A stretch of 64,000 bases of DNA from Treponemataceae bacterium. GTDB taxonomy: Bacteria > Spirochaetota > Spirochaetia > Treponematales > Rectinemataceae. The position numbers and the translations under genes were made by a program. The number at the start of each line of letters is the position of its first letter. Position 1 is the stretch's first letter. Under the pieces are notes generated by a model. That model had not been told where the DNA came from, made no database searches, and was given only the letters and a program-made list of their open reading frames with translations. Below, piece by piece: positions 38,102 to 47,404 of this stretch. The stretch spans positions 128,001-192,000 of the forward strand of contig CAXXGJ010000038.1 of the NCBI GenBank assembly GCA_963677895.2, given 5' to 3'.

Positions 38102-39007
38102 TCAGCTGCCGCTTCGCTCATAGGGCTGCCCCGAGGCTCTGGGCGCGTATTCCTTGCCCGAGAAGACCATGAGCGTCACAAGCGTGATGATATAGGGCAT
38201 GACGCTGAAAAATTCCGGGGGAAGAAAGCGGAGGCTTTGTATGTTGACCATATAGATGGAGAGCGCCGTCGCCGTGCCGAAGAGCAGCGATGAAGCGGCG
38301 ATGCCTTTAGGAAGCCATCTGCCGAAGGATAACGCGGCAAGCGCGATGAATCCGGCTCCGTTGATCGTATTGACCGTGTACTGGATCGTCTGCGTAAGGA
38401 CGAGGCAGCCGCCGGCCAGGCCGCCGAGGGCTCCCGAGATCATGACGGCGATGTAGCGCGTCCTGCGAACGTCGATGCCGGCCGAGGCCGCCGCCTGGGG
38501 ATGTTCGCCGCAGGCCCGCAGGCGCATTCCAAAAGGCCTTTTGTATAGAACGAACCACGCGATGATGACGACGGCGAGCGCAATCCATGCCGTCGGGTAG
38601 ATCCCCCCGATTCCGGGCATCATTCCCAGTTTAAAAGGCAAAGTTCGCTCCATCTTGAAGATGATCTGGGCGAGAAAGGCGGTTCCACCCGTAACGAGAA
38701 GGTTGATGCCCGTTCCGGAAACCGTCTGGTTCGCGTTGAGCGTTATGGAGGCGAAAGCGTGGATCAAGGAGGTAAGGACGCCCGCGAGCGCGCCTAGTCC
38801 CAGGGCTATCCAGATCGAGTAGGAGGTGGAAGGCTCAAGGAAATAGTGGATCGTGGCCGCGGTGAACGCGCCGACGCCCATGAGTCCTTCCAGGGCTATG
38901 TTCACGATGCCGGCGCGCTCGCAGATCATGCCTCCCGCTGCGGTGATGAGGATCGGCGAGACGATCATGAGGATCGACGGAATCATGGCTATAAGGCTAT
39001 TCATCAT
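38102..39007 (-). CDS. Nucleoside ABC transporter permease (NupC-like)
   Basis: ERAGIVNIALEG, GMRLRACGEHPQAA and GFIALAA motifs. Confidence 0.9.
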   Translation of the reverse strand: MMNSLIAMIPSILMIVSPILITAAGGMICERAGIVNIALEGLMGVGAFTAATIHYFLEPSTSYSIWIALGLGALAGVLTSLIHAFASITLNANQTVSGTGINLLVTGGTAFLAQIIFKMERTLPFKLGMMPGIGGIYPTAWIALAVVIIAWFVLYKRPFGMRLRACGEHPQAAASAGIDVRRTRYIAVMISGALGGLAGGCLVLTQTIQYTVNTINGAGFIALAALSFGRWLPKGIAASSLLFGTATALSIYMVNIQSLRFLPPEFFSVMPYIITLVTLMVFSGKEYAPRASGQPYERSGS

Positions 39008-40124
39008 GGGCTTCCTTCTGCGCCTGCGCGTTTTTCTTGGCTTTCCAGTCGAGAATGAGCTTCACTCCGGCGCGCATGGATATGAGAACGACCACGAGGC
39101 CGGAAATGATGAGGGTTATCTCCTTGGGAATCTGTCTGGACTGCATTAGAGGTTGCGCGGAAGACAGCATTCCGAAGAGCAGGCCGGCGATCAGCGTGCC
39201 TCCGGCATTGTTGTTCCCGATGAGAGCGACGGCGATGCCGTTGAATCCGTAATTGTCATAGCCGCCCAGGACGCGTCCGTAGCCGAAGGAACCTAGCGCG
39301 ACGACGGCGCCCGCGAATCCGGCGAACATGCCCGCTATGAGCATTGAAGTCGTGATGCTTCGCGTTACCCTGACGCCGGCATAGCGAGCGGCGTCCCGGT
39401 TGAAGCCGGTGGCTCTCAGTTCGAAGCCTGTCTTGGTTTTCTCGATAATGAACCAGTAGATCAGGCAGGAGAGCAGGGCGACCCATAGGCCGAGGCTGAG
39501 CCTCGATCCATTCGTCAGCCGCTCGAACAGCGGGCTTGTGAGGCGAGCCGTGGCCGGAAAATTAGGCGTTTTATAGGTGTTGGATCCCGGGATCAGCATG
39601 GAGGTCCATCGCGAGAAGAAGAAGGCGATATAATTGAGCATTATCGTGGCCACGACTTCAGATACAGCGAATTTCGCCTTAAGCCACCCGACAATCCCGC
39701 CCCAGAGCGCCCCGGCCAGCCCCGCGGCGGCCACAGCCACCACCCAGTGGACTACCGGAACAGGAGGGAAGTAGAGGGCCACGAACTGAGCCACGGTCAA
39801 ACCCACGATGTATTGGCCTTCGGCGCCGATGTTGAACAGGCCAGTCCTGGCGGCGAATCCCATGGATAGGCCGCAGAGGATGAGAGGTATGCTCGCTGTC
39901 AGCCACTCGCCGATATAGCGCGCGTTCCATGTGCCGCGGGTGATGTCGAAGCCGGTAAGGGTCTGGAGGAGGGCCGAATACATTCCGGCGGGGTTCTTTC
40001 CCACGATCAATATGAGAAAGGTTCCACAGAGAAATCCGAGAAGGACAACAGAAATGGAAATCGTCTTCGGATTGGAAAAAAGCCTTTCCAGCCTGTCTTT
40101 GCGCGGATCGGTCGTCCTGTTCAT
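38997..40124 (-). CDS. Nucleoside ABC transporter permease (NupB-like)
   Basis: GLFNIGAEGQ, SEVVATIMLNYIA, GFELRATG and GFNGIAVAL motifs. Confidence 0.9.
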   Translation of the reverse strand: MNRTTDPRKDRLERLFSNPKTISISVVLLGFLCGTFLILIVGKNPAGMYSALLQTLTGFDITRGTWNARYIGEWLTASIPLILCGLSMGFAARTGLFNIGAEGQYIVGLTVAQFVALYFPPVPVVHWVVAVAAAGLAGALWGGIVGWLKAKFAVSEVVATIMLNYIAFFFSRWTSMLIPGSNTYKTPNFPATARLTSPLFERLTNGSRLSLGLWVALLSCLIYWFIIEKTKTGFELRATGFNRDAARYAGVRVTRSITTSMLIAGMFAGFAGAVVALGSFGYGRVLGGYDNYGFNGIAVALIGNNNAGGTLIAGLLFGMLSSAQPLMQSRQIPKEITLIISGLVVVLISMRAGVKLILDWKAKKNAQAQKEAHDE

Positions 40125-41662
40125 GCTTGTTCTCCCGACGCGTTTTGGGCTATCCCCGCCATCATGGCGCCGATTTCTCTTTCATCGGCCGATTCCCCGT
40201 CCACGATGCCGACGATCTCGCCCTTGGAGATTGCCGCTATCCTGTCGCAGAGGTTCATGATTTCTTCCAGTTCGAAAGAGATGAGGAGAACGGCGCGCCC
40301 TTTGTCCCTCTCCGCTATTATCCGCGAATGAATGTTCTCGATGGCGCCCACGTCGAGTCCGCGCGTAGGCTGGGAGATGACGAGGAGGTCGGGAGAGAGT
40401 TCTATCTCCCTGGCTATGACGGCCTTCTGCTGATTCCCTCCCGACATGGAGCGGACCTTGGTCGCCGCCCCTTCGCCGGTCCTGATGTCGAATGCCTTTA
40501 TGAGTTTTCTGGCATTCTCCTCGATCGCCTTGCGGTCGAGGATGCCGAACTTGCCGCAGTAGGATGGGGAGCCGTAGGTTTTCAGTATGAGATTTTCGTC
40601 CAGCCGGAAATCCAGGACGAGTCCTTCCTTCTGCCTGTCTTCGGGTACGTAACCTATGCCGGACTCTATTCTGCTATGTATCGAGGCGTGGGAAATATCC
40701 TTTCCGTTGAGGAGAATCCTGCCCTTTTCCAGCGGCCTCAAACCGGTGATAGCCTCCACCAGCTCGGCCTGGCCGTTGCCGTCGACACCGGCAATGCCCA
40801 CGACTTCGCCGTGGCGGACTTCGAGGGAAAGGTCCCTGATGGTCTCCAATCCACGGGAATTCTTGACGAAAAGGTGTTCGATGCGCAGGACCGTTTCACC
40901 GGGAACGGCTTTCGTTTTTTCCGTGGTGAAAAGCACTTCCCGACCCACCATCATCGCGGCCATCTGGGCTTCGGACGTCGAATCCACATCCACCGTGCCA
41001 ACCATCTTGCCCCGCCTGAGCACCGTGCATCGGGAAGCGGCCTGCTTGATCTCCTTGAGCTTATGGGTGATGAGGATGATCGTCTTGCCTTCCGATTTGA
41101 GGCGTTCGAAAATCTGCAGGAGCTCGTCGATCTCCTGAGGACGCAATACGGCCGTCGGTTCGTCGAAAATGAGGATTTCGGCCTTCCTGTAAAGAATCTT
41201 GAGGATTTCGACGCGCTGCTGCATTCCGACGGTTATGCTTTCGATGGTGGAGTCCGGATCGACGTCGAGGCCGTAGAGCTTGGATAGCTCTGCCACTCGT
41301 TTTCGCGCGGAATTGATGTCGATATTGCCGAATCGGTCTCTCGGCTCGTCGCCGAGGATTATGTTTTCGGTGACCGTGTAGTTGTGCACGAGCTTGAAAT
41401 GCTGATGGACCATCCCGATGCCGAGCGATGTCGCGTGGTTAGGATCCTTGATCCTGACTTCCTTGCCTCGTATGGAAATAGTTCCAGAATCGGGCTCGTA
41501 CAGGCCGAAGAGAATCGACATGAGCGTCGATTTGCCCGCGCCGTTCTCTCCGAGTATCGCGTGGATTTCGTTGTCCAGCACGCGAAGCGTTACGTTGTCA
41601 TTGGCGATGATACCGGGGAATATCTTCGTGATCCCCGCCATCTCGATCGCATATGAATCCAT
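40121..41662 (-). CDS. Nucleoside ABC transporter ATP-binding protein (NupA-like, two NBDs)
   Basis: GENGAGKST, GIGMVHQHF, DEPT, SGGNQQK and QPTRGLDVGA motifs. Confidence 0.92.
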   Translation of the reverse strand: MDSYAIEMAGITKIFPGIIANDNVTLRVLDNEIHAILGENGAGKSTLMSILFGLYEPDSGTISIRGKEVRIKDPNHATSLGIGMVHQHFKLVHNYTVTENIILGDEPRDRFGNIDINSARKRVAELSKLYGLDVDPDSTIESITVGMQQRVEILKILYRKAEILIFDEPTAVLRPQEIDELLQIFERLKSEGKTIILITHKLKEIKQAASRCTVLRRGKMVGTVDVDSTSEAQMAAMMVGREVLFTTEKTKAVPGETVLRIEHLFVKNSRGLETIRDLSLEVRHGEVVGIAGVDGNGQAELVEAITGLRPLEKGRILLNGKDISHASIHSRIESGIGYVPEDRQKEGLVLDFRLDENLILKTYGSPSYCGKFGILDRKAIEENARKLIKAFDIRTGEGAATKVRSMSGGNQQKAVIAREIELSPDLLVISQPTRGLDVGAIENIHSRIIAERDKGRAVLLISFELEEIMNLCDRIAAISKGEIVGIVDGESADEREIGAMMAGIAQNASGEQA

Positions 41663-41691
41663 CCAGGAATCTCCTGATCGGTGGCCGCGTT

Positions 41692-41733
41692 GAAAAACAG
41701 GGCCGCGCCGGCATTTTTCGCCCGACACGGCCC
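41692..41733 (-). terminator. Intra-operon hairpin/partial terminator after the BMP gene
   Basis: Minus strand ggggccgtgtcgg...ccggcgcggccc-tgttttt between the binding-protein and ATPase genes. Confidence 0.55.
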
Positions 41734-41758
41734 CGCGTTCAAGAAAGCGAAAGCGGAA

Positions 41759-42838
41759 TTAGTTGTCGGATGCCTGGAGGTTCGCGGGCGCGAGGCCAGC
41801 GGCCTTGGCGGCGGCATAGGTCGGAACGACCTTGATCTGGCCTTTGATGATCTTGTCTTTGGCCGCGTTGACCTGCTTAACGATATCGGCGCCCAGCTCG
41901 GCGTTGCTGGCCGAGAAGCCTACGCCGTCGATCTTGGTGTCGAATATGACGACCTGGCCCTTGAAGGTCTTGTTCTTGACCTGGTTGAGGGCATACTTCG
42001 TCGAGTTCTCGACTCGCTTGATCATCGAGGTGAGCACGGCGGACTTGCCGGTCGCGTAGATGCCGTCCTCGTACTGGTCGGAATCGACGCCGATGGCCCA
42101 GACGTTCTTGCCCTGCGAGCGGTATTCCTTGGCCTGGGCGATGGTGCCGTTTCCGGTGCCGCCGGCGGCCGAGAAGATCGCGTATACGCCGGAGTCATAC
42201 CAGTTCTTGGCCTGGGCCTTGGCGAGTTCGGGCTTGCCCCAGTCGTTCGCGTAATAGTCGACGAGTTCGGCGTTGGGGTATACGGACTTGATGCCCTGCA
42301 CCCAGCCCATCTCGAACTTGGTGATGACCGGTCCGGGGACGCCGCCGATGAATCCGAATTTCGGCGCGGCGATCTTGTCTTTCTTGGCCTTGAGGGCCGC
42401 GGCCACGCCGACGAGGTAGGAGCCTTCATGCTCGGAATAGGTGGCTTCCATGACATTCGGTTTGCCGATCCAATCCACGTCCACGATGAGGTATTTCTGG
42501 TTGGGGTACTTGCCCGCCACTTCGGTGAGCGCGTCGGCGAAGGTGAATCCCGTGACGATGATGAGGTCGTACTTTTCGTCGGATGCCTGCATCAGGTTGG
42601 GGATATACATGTCCTGGGTCTGGGCGGTCAGGACATCGTAGAACTTGCCGCGTTTCGTGGTCTTGTTCCAGCTGTCCCCGTAGAAATCGAGGATGCCGCG
42701 CCATGCCGCCTGATTGAAGGACCTGTCGTCGATGCCGGTCGCGTCGGTGAGAAGACGGCTCGTCGGCTGCGCGGCGACGGAAGCGACAGCGCCGAAAATC
42801 ATGCCCGCGATGAGAAGCATCGCAAAGATTCGTTTCAT
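41759..42838 (-). CDS. BMP/PnrA-family nucleoside-binding protein
   Basis: DDRSFNQ.AW.G, EHEGSYLVG, AAGGTGNG, IGVDSDQ and LTSMIKRV motifs. Confidence 0.92.
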   Translation of the reverse strand: MKRIFAMLLIAGMIFGAVASVAAQPTSRLLTDATGIDDRSFNQAAWRGILDFYGDSWNKTTKRGKFYDVLTAQTQDMYIPNLMQASDEKYDLIIVTGFTFADALTEVAGKYPNQKYLIVDVDWIGKPNVMEATYSEHEGSYLVGVAAALKAKKDKIAAPKFGFIGGVPGPVITKFEMGWVQGIKSVYPNAELVDYYANDWGKPELAKAQAKNWYDSGVYAIFSAAGGTGNGTIAQAKEYRSQGKNVWAIGVDSDQYEDGIYATGKSAVLTSMIKRVENSTKYALNQVKNKTFKGQVVIFDTKIDGVGFSASNAELGADIVKQVNAAKDKIIKGQIKVVPTYAAAKAAGLAPANLQASDN

Positions 42839-42917
42839 ACGTTTTCCTCCATTATGCTTAAGCGGCGCCTTATGGCGCCGCAATCTGCGCACAATATTTG
42901 GCGGGCAATCCCCGCGG

Positions 42918-44552
42918 CTATATCTCGGCTCCAACATGGCCATGATAATACTCGTCGCGAAGCTGCTTCACCTGGGCATCGCCCAGATAATCGTCGAAAC
43001 TCATGTATCGATCGATGATGCCGCCCGGACATATCTCGATGACGCGGTTGGCGATGGACGTCACGAATTCATGGTCGTGGCTCGCGAAAAAGAGGACGCC
43101 GGGGAATTCGATAAGTCCGTCGTTGAGCGATGTTATGGCCTCGAGATCGAGGTGGTTGGTCGGCTCGTCCATGATGAGGAAATTGGCCCCCGAAAGCATC
43201 ATGCGCGAAAGCATGCAGCGCACGCGCTCGCCGCCCGAGAGCACCTTGACGGGCTTGAGCGCGTCGTCGCCCGAGAAAAGCATCCTGCCGAGGAAGGATC
43301 TGATGTAGGTGTCGTCGTCGGAAGAGGTGGCGGATTTGAGCCACTCAACGATGCTCGCGTCGGACGCGAAGAGAGGCGCGGCGTCCTTGGGGAAATAGGC
43401 TTTCTCGACGGTCTGACCCCAGTAGAGATCTCCCGCCGAAAGCTCCAGCTCCCCGCCAAGCGCGGCGAAAAGGGAAGACTTGGCGATATGCTGATGGCCG
43501 ACGAAGGCTATCTTGTCCGTCCGGTTGACGTTGAGGGAGAAGTTTTTAAGGACTTCCGTCCCGTCGGCTTCTATGGATACGCCGACAATCCTGAGGACAT
43601 TGTTGCCTATGTCGCGGTTGGGCTTGAAGCTCACATAGGGGAAACGGCGCGACGAAGGCACGATGTCGGCGAGTTCCAGCTTCTCGAGGATTTTCTTGCG
43701 CGATGTCGCCTGCCTGGATTTGGAGGCGTTGGAGGCAAAGCGCTGGATGAATTCCTTCAGGTCCTTCACCTTGTCCTCGCGGCGACGCTTCAGGTCCTTC
43801 TGCTGCTGGACGAGAATCGCGTTCATCTTATACCAGAAATCGTAGTTGCCCGAATACATCCTGATATGGCCGAAATCTATGTCGCAGACATGGGTGCAGA
43901 CGGAGTTGAGGAAGTGCCTGTCGTGCGATACGACGATTACGATGTTCGGGGATTCGATCAGGAACTCCTCGAGCCAGGTTATGGAATCGAGGTCGAGGCC
44001 GTTGGTCGGCTCGTCGAGCAGCAGTATGTCGGGGTTGCCGAACAATGCCTGCGCCAGAAGCACGCGGACCTTGAAGGTTTCATCCACTTCCTTCATGAGT
44101 TTATCCTGAAGGTTTTCAGGAACGCCCAGTCCGGAGAGGAGAACGGCCGCCTGGGCTTCGGCTTCCCAGCCCCCCATTTCGGCGAACTCGGCCTCCAGTT
44201 CGCTCGCGCGAATGCCGTCCGCCTCGGTGAAGTCCTCTTTGGCGTAGACGATGTCGCGTTCCCTCGCGATGGAGTAAAGCTTCTCGTATCCCATGATCAC
44301 GGTATCGATGACGCGGAACTCATCGAAAGCGAAATGGTCCTGCTTGAGGGTGGCCATGCGCGAACCGGAGGAAATGGCGATTTCGCCTTTGTCGTGCTGA
44401 ATTTCACCTGAAAGAATGCGAAGGAAGGTGGTCTTCCCCGATCCGTTGGCGCCGATAATGCCATAGCAGTTGCCCGCGGTGAATTTTAGATTGACGTCCT
44501 TGAAAAGGTTTCGTTCTCCGAAACCGAGCGCTAGTTCTGTTACTGATATCAC
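42918..44552 (-). CDS. ABC-F family ATPase (YbiT-like)
   Basis: Two NBDs, no TM. GANGSGKT, LLLDEPTN, VVSHDRHFL, GNYDFW and LSGGERVR. GTG start. Confidence 0.92.
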   Translation of the reverse strand: MISVTELALGFGERNLFKDVNLKFTAGNCYGIIGANGSGKTTFLRILSGEIQHDKGEIAISSGSRMATLKQDHFAFDEFRVIDTVIMGYEKLYSIARERDIVYAKEDFTEADGIRASELEAEFAEMGGWEAEAQAAVLLSGLGVPENLQDKLMKEVDETFKVRVLLAQALFGNPDILLLDEPTNGLDLDSITWLEEFLIESPNIVIVVSHDRHFLNSVCTHVCDIDFGHIRMYSGNYDFWYKMNAILVQQQKDLKRRREDKVKDLKEFIQRFASNASKSRQATSRKKILEKLELADIVPSSRRFPYVSFKPNRDIGNNVLRIVGVSIEADGTEVLKNFSLNVNRTDKIAFVGHQHIAKSSLFAALGGELELSAGDLYWGQTVEKAYFPKDAAPLFASDASIVEWLKSATSSDDDTYIRSFLGRMLFSGDDALKPVKVLSGGERVRCMLSRMMLSGANFLIMDEPTNHLDLEAITSLNDGLIEFPGVLFFASHDHEFVTSIANRVIEICPGGIIDRYMSFDDYLGDAQVKQLRDEYYHGHVGAEI

Positions 44553-44690
44553 AATAGGAATACTCCCCGCAAACGACATGAATTTCAAGGGGTAGGGAAG
44601 GGAATTGCCCGCATTTTTCGGAACCGGACATTCAAGCGGATCCATCCTCATCATTGACGGAAGCGTTTTCGGAAGCTACAAATACCGAAG

Positions 44691-45383
44691 GTGGCACCAG
44701 TGAAGAAAATTCTCCTGCTTTCCGATATACATGGCCGCGGGGATATGGCAGCCGCCATAATCGCCAGGCATCCGAACCTGGATTACGTGCTCATAGCCGG
44801 CGATATCACCAACTTCGGCGACGTGAAAAGCGCGCAGTCGGTTATAGACGCGCTTTTTTCCGATGGAAAGCGGCGATGCGTATTTCTCGTGGCTGGCAAC
44901 TGCGATCCTTTATCCGTGCGGACGTTTTTAAAGGCTGAAGGCTTTGAAACCGAAGGCTGTGAGCGGGAATTGCCTTTCGCCTCATTGGTGGGCGTCGGGG
45001 GAGGCCTGCGGAGAGCGGGACTCACGAGTTTCGAGCGTACGGAAAGCGAGCTGAATGAAGCGCTGACCGCCCAGTTGTCGCCGCTCCATTCTGAAAACCG
45101 AAAAAAGCCGGTGATCGTTCTCACCCATACGCCGCCCTATGGCACGAACGCCGATAGACATGGGGAAATGCATGTGGGAAGCAAGGAATTCGCGAAAGCG
45201 ATGGTGGAATTTGGTCCCGATGTATGGATCTGCGGTCATATACACGAGTCCCGCTGCGTTTCGCTCGAGGATGGGACGCTCGTCATCAATCCCGGTCCCT
45301 GCAGCTGCGGCAGTCATGCAATACTGGAACTAAGCGAAAGCCCTGACGAAAAAAGACTCGTCAGGGCTTCCCTGTTCAGATAG
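44691..45383 (+). CDS. Metallophosphoesterase (calcineurin-like)
   Basis: SDIHG, AGD, GNCD, THTPP and CGHIHE motifs. Confidence 0.9.
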   Translation: MAPVKKILLLSDIHGRGDMAAAIIARHPNLDYVLIAGDITNFGDVKSAQSVIDALFSDGKRRCVFLVAGNCDPLSVRTFLKAEGFETEGCERELPFASLVGVGGGLRRAGLTSFERTESELNEALTAQLSPLHSENRKKPVIVLTHTPPYGTNADRHGEMHVGSKEFAKAMVEFGPDVWICGHIHESRCVSLEDGTLVINPGPCSCGSHAILELSESPDEKRLVRASLFR

Positions 45384-45434
45384 CATCGAAAAACAAGGCG
45401 ATTTTATCCGCTTGCTCTCCCGTGTTTCGGCGAA

Positions 45435-46415
45435 TCAGCGCCCCGTGGGGCTATACAGATACTTGAAGTAATCCATGTCGGTGGAAAGCGTCTTCTTCAA
45501 GCCTGGTACGGTGGCCTTGTAGGATTCCATAGCCTTCCAGAACTCAAAGAATGAAGGATCCCTGCCATAGGATTCGGCGAATATTTTCGTGGCCGTGGCG
45601 TCGGCCTTGCCCTTGAGGGTTTCAGATTTCTCGTATGCCGAGGAAAGTATGGAACGTTTCTCGTTTTCCAGCTTTCCAAGCCATTCCGCCTTCTTGCCTT
45701 CTCCATAAGAGCGGAAAGCCTGGGCTATCTGGCTTCTTTCCTTGATCATCCGCTGGTAGACGCTGTCGGTCAATTCCTCCGAATACTTGATTTGTCTGGG
45801 CACAATATCCAGGACCTCGATACCATACTCGGGGGCGATGGACGCGACGATCTTTATCATCTCGTCCGACAGCACTTCGCGGCCTTTTTCTATCTTTTCG
45901 AACTGAGTTTCCGATATGGTGAGTTCTTCCAGCGACGTGGATCCCACGGATTCCCCGGTCTGGAAAGTCTCCAGGTTGCTGGAATTCATGAGTTCGTCGG
46001 TGCTCCGCACGGCCTCCCTGAGATAATTGGACGAGATGACGGTGCGGACCGCGGAGTCGATGACATCATCCAGGCGGCCATAGGCATTCTCCAGACTGCT
46101 CACCGACTCGTAAAACTTCACCGGATCGACGATCCTCCAGCGGGCCGTGGTGTCCACCCATATGAACTGGTTTTCCTTGGTCGGTATGCGCTGTTTCTCG
46201 CCATCCCATGAGAGGAGTTTCTTCGGAAACTTTATGACGTTATCGACGAAAGGGCTTTTGAATTTCAGTCCCGCGTCGCTGTGAGTCTTGATGATCTTGC
46301 CAAAGCGGACGACCACTGCCTGTTCGCCTTCATTGAGGACGAAAAATGGCCCGATTATTATGACGCCAACTATGATGACAGCCAGCGCCGCCGCGAATAT
46401 CATTGTCTTTTTCAT
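45435..46415 (-). CDS. hflC: FtsH protease modulator HflC
   Basis: N-terminal TM, SPFH domain, VYQRMIKER and FFEFWK. Adjacent to hflK. Confidence 0.93.
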   Translation of the reverse strand: MKKTMIFAAALAVIIVGVIIIGPFFVLNEGEQAVVVRFGKIIKTHSDAGLKFKSPFVDNVIKFPKKLLSWDGEKQRIPTKENQFIWVDTTARWRIVDPVKFYESVSSLENAYGRLDDVIDSAVRTVISSNYLREAVRSTDELMNSSNLETFQTGESVGSTSLEELTISETQFEKIEKGREVLSDEMIKIVASIAPEYGIEVLDIVPRQIKYSEELTDSVYQRMIKERSQIAQAFRSYGEGKKAEWLGKLENEKRSILSSAYEKSETLKGKADATATKIFAESYGRDPSFFEFWKAMESYKATVPGLKKTLSTDMDYFKYLYSPTGR

Positions 46416-47392
46416 TTGGCTGCCTCCTTGGGCGCCTCGAGGATCTTGAGCGGAACGAGATTCTTGAAAGATTTGTCGATCAGCTCCACCTCCGCGCTGC
46501 CCGAGAAGACTTCGTTCATCATCTCGTAATACAGGCGCTTTCTTGTCACGTCGGGAGATTTGCGGTACTCATCCAGAACCGAGATGAAGCGCGCCACGTC
46601 GCCCTTTGCCATGTTCACGCGTTCGGTCGAGTAGCCTTGGGCGATTTCGAGAATCTGATCGGCCTGGCCTTTGGCTTTCGGGATTTCCGCGTTATAGGCT
46701 TCCTTGCCCTCGTTGATGAGGCGATTCATGTCCTGAATGGACTTGTTGACATCCTCGAAGGCATCCTGCACGCCGCTCGGCGGCACGATATTCTGTAGCT
46801 GGACCTGCGTGATCTCTATCCCGAGCGCGTATTTCTTGAAAATACCGTTCATCATCTGCACGGCGTTGTCCTGGATGCTCTGCCGGTCAGGTCCAATGAC
46901 GCCCAGTATGAGGCGGTCGCCGACAAGGCGGTTGATGACCGATTGGGATATGTCCCTGATGGTCTTTTGTTTGTCCGACACGTTGAAGAGCCATGCTTGC
47001 GGATCCGTAATCCTATATTGGATGATCCATTCCACATCGACGATATTGAGGTCGCCCGTCAGCATGGTCGATTCGTTAGGAAATTTCTCGTCGGAATACT
47101 GCGTGTTGACGCCGCTCTTTATGGTCCTGAAACCGAAGGTTTCGGTTTGCACGACCTTCGTTTTCACGACATAAGCTTTCTGTATTCCGAAAGGAAGCTT
47201 GTAATGAAGCCCCGCTCCCAGCGTCTTGGAATATTTGCCAAATGTCGTTATCACGGCGTTCTCCGTCTGATCGACGACGATGAAACTCGTCGACAGGAAT
47301 AGGATCACAGCGACCGCTATGGCGGCGATGACGATGATAGGACCGTTAAGCTTGATTTTGGGCATTTTGGGCTTGAATACCGGATCGGGCAT
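46412..47392 (-). CDS. hflK: FtsH protease modulator HflK
   Basis: MLTGDLNIVDV, VQDAFEDVN, IPKAKG and PDVTRKRLY motifs. Confidence 0.94.
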   Translation of the reverse strand: MPDPVFKPKMPKIKLNGPIIVIAAIAVAVILFLSTSFIVVDQTENAVITTFGKYSKTLGAGLHYKLPFGIQKAYVVKTKVVQTETFGFRTIKSGVNTQYSDEKFPNESTMLTGDLNIVDVEWIIQYRITDPQAWLFNVSDKQKTIRDISQSVINRLVGDRLILGVIGPDRQSIQDNAVQMMNGIFKKYALGIEITQVQLQNIVPPSGVQDAFEDVNKSIQDMNRLINEGKEAYNAEIPKAKGQADQILEIAQGYSTERVNMAKGDVARFISVLDEYRKSPDVTRKRLYYEMMNEVFSGSAEVELIDKSFKNLVPLKILEAPKEAAK

Positions 47393-47404
47393 GTCTGTCC
47401 CCTC

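Noticed and set aside
42839..42917. Purine riboswitch ahead of the nucleoside operon
   Set aside because: Region is short and has only a GC hairpin (gcggcgcc-ttat-ggcgccgc), with no purine aptamer consensus.
42714..44411. Long antisense ORFs (e.g. 565 aa opposite ABC-F, 489 aa opposite uvrB, 445 aa opposite BMP)
   Set aside because: Shadow ORFs expected from GC-rich codon bias on the coding strand, with no recognisable motifs.
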